Below, one piece after another: positions 51,324 through 59,262 of a DNA stretch of 64,000 nucleotides. How positions within the stretch are numbered: the first letter of the stretch is position 1; every line of letters begins with the position of its first letter. The stretch lies in the NCBI GenBank assembly GCA_965218095.1, contig OZ244587.1:2880001-2944000 (forward strand). The letters are read 5' to 3'. The notes beneath the pieces are model-generated. The model saw only the letters and a program-made list of their open reading frames with translations, made no database searches and was not told the DNA's origin. A program made the position numbers and the translations under genes. The stretch is from Candidatus Poribacteria bacterium. Its GTDB lineage: Bacteria; Poribacteria; WGA-4E; PCPOR2b.

Positions 51324-51761
51324 ATGTACACCTACGAATATCCGCGACCTGCCGTAACAGTTGATATTCTACTTTTTGCCGGAGATTCTGCCGATCGGAA
51401 GGTGCTGTTGATTCAGCGCAAAAATCCGCCATTCAAGGACTATTGGGCGTTTCCAGGCGGGTTCATTGAGATGGATGAGTCCCTGGAGGAATCCGCACAA
51501 CGCGAGTTGCGCGAGGAAACTGCGCTCTCCGATGTCCAACTGACCCACCTTGGCGCATTCGGTGCTCTAGACCGTGATCCTCGCGGGCGGGTGATCACGG
51601 TGGCTTACTACGGTGTCATTGATAGCAAACAAGCACGGGTTGCCGCAGGTTCTGACGCCGCCGATGCACGCTGGTTTCCTATTGCCAATCTCCCACTGTT
51701 AGCGTTTGATCACGCGAAAATCCTTACTGCGGCAATTGAGGCACTTGACTTGTCGGCTTAG
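51324..51761 (+). CDS. NUDIX hydrolase
   Basis: WAFPGGFIEMDESLEESAQRELREET Nudix box, RDPRGR, LAFDH. Confidence 0.93.
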   Translation: MYTYEYPRPAVTVDILLFAGDSADRKVLLIQRKNPPFKDYWAFPGGFIEMDESLEESAQRELREETALSDVQLTHLGAFGALDRDPRGRVITVAYYGVIDSKQARVAAGSDAADARWFPIANLPLLAFDHAKILTAAIEALDLSA

Positions 51762-51882
51762 GGAAAGCTAAAACTGCTTTTGATGCCGCCGCTTGTCCCG
51801 CCACTCACCGCACATCTGTTGGAAATCTCATCGGATACCCACGTTTGATTATTCTCGTTTCAGGTTTTACGCATCACGCTTT

Positions 51883-52794
51883 ATGGTTATTGAAATCAGT
51901 GATCTCTCAATCTCTTTTGAACCAACGAAGGTTCTGAATAAAATCTCACTAAACATCGCTGGAAGGTCAGTCGGATTACTCGGTCCCAACGGTGCAGGGA
52001 AAAGCACTTTAATCAAGATACTTCTCGGCTTCCTGACTCCGGATACGGGGAGTGCGTCGGTGCTCGGCATGGACGTTCGCACACACTCTCTCGACATTCG
52101 CCAACGGATTGGGTACATGCCTGAGAATGAATGCCTTATCCCCGGTATGAATGCGGTCAGTTTCGTGGCTCATGCCGGAGAACTTTGTGGCATGCCCGCC
52201 AGTGATGCGATGCAGCGGGCGCATGAAGTCCTGTACTATGTGGGTCTGGATGAGGCAAGGTATCGGATGGTAGAGACCTATTCGACTGGCATGAAACAGC
52301 GGATTAAGCTGGCTCAAGCATTGGTGCATGATCCCCAATTGCTCTTCCTCGACGAACCGACGAACGGCATGGATCCCAGTGGGCGCCAAGAAATGCTAGA
52401 TCTGATCAAAGACATCTCGACCCACAAGGACATCCATATCATTCTGTCGTCTCACCTCCTGCCCGATGTCGAATACGTGTGTCAGGACGTTGTGGCGCTT
52501 CATCATGGAAATGTCGTTGTTCAGGGCAACATTGAGGAACTCAAAGAACCACATCAGCAAGTCTTCGTGTTGAAGATTAAAGGCGATCGGGATGCCTATC
52601 TCGCTGGGCTAGAACGCTACGATTGCCGATGGCAGTCGACAGAGGAATCCAGTCTGCGCGTCACACCGCCGGAGTCGGTGGATAGCAACTTCTTCTTCAA
52701 ATTGGCTTTAGAAACGGGTGTGCAAGTCCGACACTTGAAATCGGTTCAACAATCATTGGAAGATATCTTCATCGAAGCTGTGGGGGAGAAATAG
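51883..52794 (+). CDS. ABC transporter ATP-binding protein
   Basis: GPNGAGKST, YSTGMKQR, LFLDEPT, SSH; no adjacent permease. Confidence 0.92.
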   Translation: MVIEISDLSISFEPTKVLNKISLNIAGRSVGLLGPNGAGKSTLIKILLGFLTPDTGSASVLGMDVRTHSLDIRQRIGYMPENECLIPGMNAVSFVAHAGELCGMPASDAMQRAHEVLYYVGLDEARYRMVETYSTGMKQRIKLAQALVHDPQLLFLDEPTNGMDPSGRQEMLDLIKDISTHKDIHIILSSHLLPDVEYVCQDVVALHHGNVVVQGNIEELKEPHQQVFVLKIKGDRDAYLAGLERYDCRWQSTEESSLRVTPPESVDSNFFFKLALETGVQVRHLKSVQQSLEDIFIEAVGEK

Positions 52795-52833
52795 ATCGAG
52801 GGAACAGATCTAGTCAAAAACAAGGAGAAACCC

Positions 52834-53580
52834 ATGTCACAATTTTTTGCTGATTTTGAAGCCTATATGCCTGCTGAATTTAACGGGGTGCCTTATGGCA
52901 GAGCCGGCGTGTTAGCTGTTGCGGATAAGGCGGGCATTGATGTCTGTGTTGTATTTCCCAGTGGACTTCCGCCGCATCCAGAGGAGATCAATGCACACTT
53001 ACTGAAAGAAACGAAGGGCGAATCACGCATCGTGCCGGGGTGCCTGATTAATCCTACAATGGGACCCGATGCCAGTGATGACCTGAAACGATGCGTTGAT
53101 GCCGGTGCACGGACAGTCAAGTTGATGGCAGCCGCCCATCGCTATCGCCTTGATGCGCCCTGTGTTGATCCGATTATGGAACTTGCGAAGTCGCTCGGCG
53201 TCCCTGCAACCATCCACTCGGGTTCGCCGATGAGCGGATGTTCGCCGGCGTTCATTGGAACGCTCGCGCAACGGCGCCCCGACGTGACGATCATTATGGA
53301 TCACATGGGGTACCGCGAATGGACGGAGCTTGCCGTTCAAGCCGCAGTGGAGAATCCCAAAATTTATCTCGGCACAACGCTCATCGCCGCCGCCGAGCCA
53401 ATCTCGATCAAGAATATCGCACGCGGTGGGCAGATCGGCGCCGATCGAATCGTCTTCGGATCTAACTCGCCAAGTGGAGATGCTGTGAATGGCGTCAACG
53501 GCATCCGAGGAATCGGGTTTACCGATGAGGAAGCCGCGCTCATTCTTGGGGGGAATCTCAAGGCGATTTACGGCCTCTGA
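52834..53580 (+). CDS. Amidohydrolase_2 family protein
   Basis: TIHSG, IMDHMG, RIVFGSN.P. Confidence 0.82.
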   Translation: MSQFFADFEAYMPAEFNGVPYGRAGVLAVADKAGIDVCVVFPSGLPPHPEEINAHLLKETKGESRIVPGCLINPTMGPDASDDLKRCVDAGARTVKLMAAAHRYRLDAPCVDPIMELAKSLGVPATIHSGSPMSGCSPAFIGTLAQRRPDVTIIMDHMGYREWTELAVQAAVENPKIYLGTTLIAAAEPISIKNIARGGQIGADRIVFGSNSPSGDAVNGVNGIRGIGFTDEEAALILGGNLKAIYGL

Positions 53581-53612
53581 ACCTCACCCGACAAGCCTGA
53601 AACCTCAATTTG

Positions 53613-53645
53613 AAAGCCCTGTGCAGAAATGTACGGGGCTTTTTT
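53613..53645 (+). terminator. Rho-independent terminator
   Basis: AAGCCCTGTGCA-GAAA-TGTACGGGGCTT followed by T-run. Confidence 0.8.
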
Positions 53646-53810
53646 CATGCTCACACAAATCGATCGAATTTTTCTCAGATGCTGGCATACAGTTGTCAGG
53701 GGATATGGTTTATCATTTGTAATGAAGGATTTTCCAAATCAATATAGGTTCGATTTGGAGGACTTCGCTGAATCCTTGGGGAATGGGCGAAACGAGGGAG
53801 GAGGCGCCCA

Positions 53811-54530
53811 GTGACCAATCGGTCCGCCAGCGCGCTGTATGATGATACATTGACACAAGTGGGAAGAAATGAAACACGATCTCCCAGGGAATCGTTTCGT
53901 CAGTGGCAGATCCGCGAGGGGGAGGTTCTCTACCGATTTGGCGTCCAGCAATTGAGTAACACGCACCTTTTGGCGCATCTGCTGAGAGATCAGGCATTAG
54001 CTGAACGGCTGATGGCGCGTTTCGGCTCACTGACGCAGATTGTGGAAGCCTCAGTCGCGGAATTAAAACAGGTTTGTGGCGTCGGCTCTGCAACTGCCGA
54101 AATCATCCAAACCGCTTCTGAACTGAGCCGGCGACTTCTCGATTTTGCTCCTGAGTATCGGCCCCGCATTGGTAGCCCCATAGATGCCTATCTGCTGGTC
54201 CAGCCTGAATTTCGCGGAGAAGATCAAGAAATGACAAAGTAATCCTGTTAGATACCAGAAGCAGAGTCCTGAAAATTGAGACGGTGTTCATCGGAACGCT
54301 CAATTACTCGATCCTGCACCCCCGCGAAATTTATCGCGCCGCCCTTCGTCAGAATGCAGCCGCAATTATCCTGACCCATAACCATCCAAGCGGCTACACT
54401 GATCCGTCCTCAGATGATATAGAAGCGACGAAGCGGATCGCTGAAGCCGGCAAACTCATCGACATTCGTCTGTTGGATTATGTGATTATCGGGATAGAAA
54501 AACCTCTTTCCTCGAAAGGATGTTTAAGCA
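53811..54530 (+). pseudogene. radC: RadC (JAB domain) pseudogene
   Basis: HhH region GVGSA, frameshift ~54235, HPREI, HNHPSG...PS.DD; conserved LDH reads LDY. Confidence 0.85.
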
Positions 54531-54544
54531 AAGAAATCGGCACT

Positions 54545-54797
54545 ATAAAGCTAGAGTCAAATACGGTCTTGCCGGTGGTTGATGTTGTTTTAGCAGGGAC
54601 ACTGCCGGAGAAGGAGATGCGTCAGGTCGCCGATGGCGAGTACAATCGTGTGAGGCCTGTCGGTGGCGACGATCCTCACGCTGTTCGTGATTCCGGCATT
54701 CTACACCATCATTGACGACATCAGCCCGTGGCGAGGTGTCCGTGTTGAGGCGAAGCAAGTGGAGTCTATTGAAGAACCCCGCCGCGAACTGAAATAG
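54545..54797 (+). pseudogene. RND (AcrB-like) permease relic with most of the gene deleted
   Basis: PVVDVVLAGTLPEKEMRQVAD joined out of frame to SPMASTIV*GLSVATILTLFVIPAFYTIIDD (last TM helix motif). Confidence 0.65.
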
Positions 54798-54925
54798 GCG
54801 CCGGAGGCTGGAAGTGATGATTAATGGTTCGGTGTTGGACAGTTCGATCTCGTCATTCTAATAGAACGCAGTGAAGCGATTGATAACCTTGCCAAGCTTT
54901 CAAACCTTCGCAAGGTTAAAATCTC

Positions 54926-55519
54926 TCAGAACTTGCCAAACATGAACACCAAATTTGCCGACACTTCGTTTAGATCACGACTTTCAAGCCCATTTAAGCG
55001 CTCAACGCCAGAAACAAACCGATAACTTGCGCCAAGCCCAATCCGAAAAAAGGTGGTGATATTGACCATCAAGTTTGCACCGGGTTCAAGCACAAAAATC
55101 CCCTCCTCAACAATGACGGTATCATCCCCTTCCCAGTATTGGGCGCGTCCAGTAGCGATCAGCGTCTGCATCGAAAAATGTATACGACGTTGAAGGGGGA
55201 CAATGTATTCCAGATCAAGCCCAACATAGTCCATATCCAGATCAATCGTGTCGTTAGAATTTGTTTGAACTGCTTCTGGCGCTTCAATCTTACCGAGCAA
55301 GCTGTAGACACCTGCGCCGATGGCAAACCGCTGATTCAGAATGACGCCACCTCGTCCGCCAAGCAATATGACCGACTCATCATTGACCTGAGTCACCTTC
55401 AAGGAGGGACCACCAAAGTTGCTGCTTTGCACGTTCCCGCTTATCAACGGTTGAGCGAGAACCGGTGAGATTGTCAGCATAGAAAACAGCAGCAAAGGTA
55501 TAGGTATGAGATTTTTCAT
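54926..55519 (-). CDS. Outer-membrane beta-barrel protein
   Basis: Signal peptide, amphipathic strands, FVLEPG, terminal FGKF. Confidence 0.75.
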   Translation of the reverse strand: MKNLIPIPLLLFSMLTISPVLAQPLISGNVQSSNFGGPSLKVTQVNDESVILLGGRGGVILNQRFAIGAGVYSLLGKIEAPEAVQTNSNDTIDLDMDYVGLDLEYIVPLQRRIHFSMQTLIATGRAQYWEGDDTVIVEEGIFVLEPGANLMVNITTFFRIGLGASYRFVSGVERLNGLESRDLNEVSANLVFMFGKF

Positions 55520-55545
55520 GAAACTTTCCTTTTGACTTGTTGTGT

Positions 55546-56589
55546 CTATTTGACTTTACCCCGCCCTGTAATCTTCCAAACGGTTTCTATCTGTTCATTT
55601 CTAACGGCGGCCAACTCATCGTGCAGATTGCTCGTCATGCCTTGATGCAGCGGAATGACAGACAATTTGTCGCCCACACGAAATTTATGTCGTGATTCAC
55701 TCACATCGATGTGTCCGTGTTCAACAGACATCCCGTAAATCTTGATATCCGGGTGATCGATGATATGACCATAAGGTGTGGGCGGATAGCTTGTAAACGT
55801 CTTCTGTCCGCCATCAACGATGATTCGGTCAGCAGTTGGTGTGCTCACAACGGTCACAATCATCCGCAGAGCGCATCGCTCCGGATTGAGCATCGCCGAC
55901 CCAGAGATGCGCGTCATACCTTCGTAGGCATACGAGCCGCTGCGTGTTTCGGTGCAACCGATATCCTTTGACACCTGCTCTACTCCGGTGCCTCCCCCAC
56001 TGATGATATTGATGGGGATGCCCGCGCTACTCAGGAGATTGACCGTTTCCTTGATAAACGGCTTTGCGCGAATATTACTTCCATAGGTCATGATGCCCTG
56101 AAAATCAAGTCCTGGCATTTCCGCCACCTTTTGGGCGAGTTCAAGCGCGGCTTGCGGGGATTGCACGCCGACCCGGCGTCCCCCTGTATCCTGTTCGATA
56201 ACGACACGTACTGTACAGCCGTCCGCTTGCGCCTGTTCGGAAATTCCTTTGGTGGTTATCTCCGAATCGAGAGCGACGGTGATCTTCGCACGTTTGACGA
56301 GTTGCGCTAACCGCTGCACTTTCGGCTTTCCAACGGTGTTGTAAGAAATCAGGATGTCATTGAGTCCACCATCGACCATGACCTCCGCTTCGCCGAGTTT
56401 TTGGCAAGTAATCCCTTTTGAACCTGCGGCAACCTGCATTTTGGCGATTTCCGGAACCTTGTGGGTCTTCGTGTGAACACGCAGATCGATGTCGATTTCT
56501 CGGCAAAGGGCGGCCATGTTATTGATGTTGCGTTCAAGAACATCGAGGTCTACAGTGAGCGCAGGCGTATCCAATTCAGAAATGTGCAT
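55546..56589 (-). CDS. PLP-dependent D-threonine aldolase/D-serine dehydratase (DSD1) family enzyme
   Basis: LDTPAL, RVHTKTHK, CQKLGEAE, SGGGT, DGGQK, SVEHG. Confidence 0.9.
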   Translation of the reverse strand: MHISELDTPALTVDLDVLERNINNMAALCREIDIDLRVHTKTHKVPEIAKMQVAAGSKGITCQKLGEAEVMVDGGLNDILISYNTVGKPKVQRLAQLVKRAKITVALDSEITTKGISEQAQADGCTVRVVIEQDTGGRRVGVQSPQAALELAQKVAEMPGLDFQGIMTYGSNIRAKPFIKETVNLLSSAGIPINIISGGGTGVEQVSKDIGCTETRSGSYAYEGMTRISGSAMLNPERCALRMIVTVVSTPTADRIIVDGGQKTFTSYPPTPYGHIIDHPDIKIYGMSVEHGHIDVSESRHKFRVGDKLSVIPLHQGMTSNLHDELAAVRNEQIETVWKITGRGKVK

Positions 56590-56927
56590 GTCGTTCTCCT
56601 AAAAATCAACGAATCGGCGAATCAGCAAATGAATGACCAAACCTTGAAAAGATTTTAAACCTTTTCAAAGTTAAATTTCACGCATAAGCAAATCTCAGTA
56701 TTAAAGTTTATCTTCTGAATTCCCCAAACCGGTCGGAAAATTGGAAGTATGGAAGAAAGCAAACGAAGCGTCTTTTCCATCCTTCCTCAAAATGTAAAAC
56801 TTATTTTCTAAAATTGCTTAGGGTCAATTAATAAACTGAGGGGCTGGGAAACGCGAATTCGCATTCGTCGTATAATTCCCAACCCCCTAATATATTGGAA
56901 CTTGTCATTGTGCGGCAGATACCACGT

Positions 56928-57686
56928 CTATTTGTCTGTATCTTCAGCATCTTCTAAATATTCAGGCTCTCCTTCTGGAGTCTCTTCCGCCTCCTCGGCT
57001 TTCTCTTTCATACGTGGTTCAACCATGTATTCGACACGAAATTGGCGAACAGACATAACAGGATAAGGACCGTCAAAGCCTGTAATTTGTCCTTTGACTT
57101 CGACCGCCTGATCGCCTTGACCTGCTTCCTGTCTCAATAAATCAAATTTATCATTATCGCTAAAGACGATTTTCTCTTCCCAACCGCCTGCAACCATCGT
57201 GTGGTTGACCGCTGATGTATCAGCTCGCCAACGTCTCCAAAATGGAACGTTGCGGATGTAACTCCGTGACCAACCCGGATGCGCATAGAGGTGACCTGTG
57301 ATAGTTGCTTCGGATTTCGCAACCCAGGGGCGTCCTCCAATTTGACTGCCTCGGAAGCGTTGATCGTTCAGTTGACGTGTGATGTTATAAATGTCCAAAG
57401 TACGGCTTTCGTTGTATTTATTCTTACCCCGGCGTGGGATAACCTCAACGACCGTTGTGAAATGGCGTTGGCGGCCATGTTTATCGACTGGGGCATGAAA
57501 GCTCACATCTTCTGGATCTGCCCAGGGTGTCAACAAGCGTCGAATTTGTCGCGCATCATCGCTGTTGACGAAACCGAACAAATGGATTTGGATACTTTCA
57601 ACTTCGGCATTGCCTGGACTCGTGATTCCGGCAAATAGGAACACGGAAAGAATGAGGAGGCTGAGGTGGAATTTGGTGGGTAACAT
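56928..57686 (-). CDS. Secreted hypothetical protein
   Basis: AGGAG RBS before ATG 57686, signal peptide, acidic tail. Confidence 0.7.
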   Translation of the reverse strand: MLPTKFHLSLLILSVFLFAGITSPGNAEVESIQIHLFGFVNSDDARQIRRLLTPWADPEDVSFHAPVDKHGRQRHFTTVVEVIPRRGKNKYNESRTLDIYNITRQLNDQRFRGSQIGGRPWVAKSEATITGHLYAHPGWSRSYIRNVPFWRRWRADTSAVNHTMVAGGWEEKIVFSDNDKFDLLRQEAGQGDQAVEVKGQITGFDGPYPVMSVRQFRVEYMVEPRMKEKAEEAEETPEGEPEYLEDAEDTDK

Positions 57687-58170
57687 TTGTCGTTCACTCC
57701 TTTTTTGTACGTTGATTCTTGGCAAATTAGCGCCAAGGCAACTCTGAAAAATTCAAATCCTCGATTGGTAAATGAAAGTCACAGCGACATGGTGGCAAAA
57801 TTTATACCATCGTGGTGCCTTACTGAAGAAGCGCTTGTTCAGCAACAGTTTTATGACAACGTAACTGGCGTAACACATCACACTTTATGTATCACTTTCG
57901 TGACATAGTAGCCGGTGCGCCACAACCAACCACCTCACACTTTGATTGTGTATCATTATACCTCAGACCTTTGGAAAACGCAAGTTCAGAGCAAGAAGTC
58001 GTTCACTGTGGAAATGTTGCCCCGATTACATCGAGGGTAATTGTTCAAGTGGTCATCAAGATTCAAAGCCGCATGCAACCTCTCGGCAGTTGCAGCTACT
58101 ATTAGTTGAGGGTGGTTCATAATTCAATGCGCGTCATCGCTGGATTGGGGCGGGGTCGCCTGGATCAATC

Positions 58171-58219
58171 GTAGGGGCGAGGTCTCCTCGCCCGACGGGT
58201 TGGGAAACCCAACCCCTAC
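58171..58219. repeat. GTAG-type REP-like double hairpin
   Basis: GTAGGGGCGAGGTCTCCTCGCCC...GGGTTGGGAAACCCAACCCCTAC. Confidence 0.7.
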
Positions 58220-58300
58220 CCATTCAGGGTCTATTTATGTTCCACCCTCAGATAAGTTTGATGGATTACACATTTTGTCAAGTTCACGAGAAACAAAACA

Positions 58301-58352
58301 GTGCGTGGACGGGATTTGAACCTGCAAGGTTGTTAGCCCCACTCCTACAAGG
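58301..58352 (-). other. Degenerate tRNA-like 3' half
   Basis: Minus strand GCAGGTTCAAATCCCGTCCACGCAC resembles a T-arm and 3' acceptor strand; no matching 5' strand or CCA. Confidence 0.3.
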
Positions 58353-58384
58353 TGAATCGACTTTTACCCTTGGCATAATGATTC

Positions 58385-58948
58385 CTACTCCTTTACCAGA
58401 ACTAATTTATTGGCTTCTAACCTGTATTTCTGAGTGACTTCTAATGTTGGTTCTGAAGCCATTGATTTGTCAGCACCACGAGTTAGCATGTGAACGACGA
58501 TTTCTTCTTCTTCAATATCTAGTGCCTTAACTTTTACTCGGTCTCCGAGAAAGGTGGTGGCTACGTTGTCTGGATTGCCATCACGATTGACGACCACGGC
58601 CAGGTAATAAAACGTGCCACTGCCACCCGGTTCTTCGATAAGAATCACGGCAGCATCTTCTCCATCTGTATTGTCCAAATTCCCGGCGACATGATGACTT
58701 AATCTGACAATTCGTTCAGATGCTGAATCAGGTAAAATCTTCTTCCGATATTCGCCATCGGTTAGTTGAAATCTGTCATCCGTGGTCGATTCGATGTGAT
58801 ATTCTGCATTTTGAAGCTGTTGTAAAGCCAGACTTGAATTGGGCTTGTTAGGTTGTGATTGGTTGGCTTGGTCTTGGGTTTGTGGCTGACAAGAAACGAC
58901 TATGACAATTCCAATTAACAGAACGAGCAGACGGATTGAAGTTTTCAC
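58385..58948 (-). CDS. Hypothetical lipoprotein
   Basis: VVSC lipobox, GGSGTFYYLAVV, LGDRVKV. Confidence 0.75.
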   Translation of the reverse strand: MKTSIRLLVLLIGIVIVVSCQPQTQDQANQSQPNKPNSSLALQQLQNAEYHIESTTDDRFQLTDGEYRKKILPDSASERIVRLSHHVAGNLDNTDGEDAAVILIEEPGGSGTFYYLAVVVNRDGNPDNVATTFLGDRVKVKALDIEEEEIVVHMLTRGADKSMASEPTLEVTQKYRLEANKLVLVKE

Positions 58949-59161
58949 TTCATCACTCTCCTGACGACAAAATGGCGGTCATTTTGACAGATCCCCAATT
59001 GGAGATGACAATTCTATAGATTTCAAAAGCGAGTTCACTACAAACAACAATTTTGAATGGCAAGAAGCTGTACGTCACACGGATTTTAAACTTCAAAATT
59101 AGGTACTTAGAGATGCCGAATGTCCGGCTATCAATGGTGGAGTTAGCTGCGAAGCATTCGA

Positions 59162-59198
59162 TCAGTGCCATAGGCTTTCGAGAAGCCTATGGCACTGA
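59162..59198. terminator. Perfect 16-bp hairpin downstream of 59263-62130
   Basis: TCAGTGCCATAGGCTT-TCGAG-AAGCCTATGGCACTGA; no clear U-tract. Confidence 0.5.
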
Positions 59199-59262
59199 CG
59201 CAGTCAGAGGCAAACCGGATCATCGAACTTTGTCGTGATGGCGGGCGGGTCTCAGTGCCGGC

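Noticed and set aside
58301-58385. Functional tRNA gene
   Set aside because: No 5' acceptor strand, D-arm or CCA, and the T-stem has a mismatch
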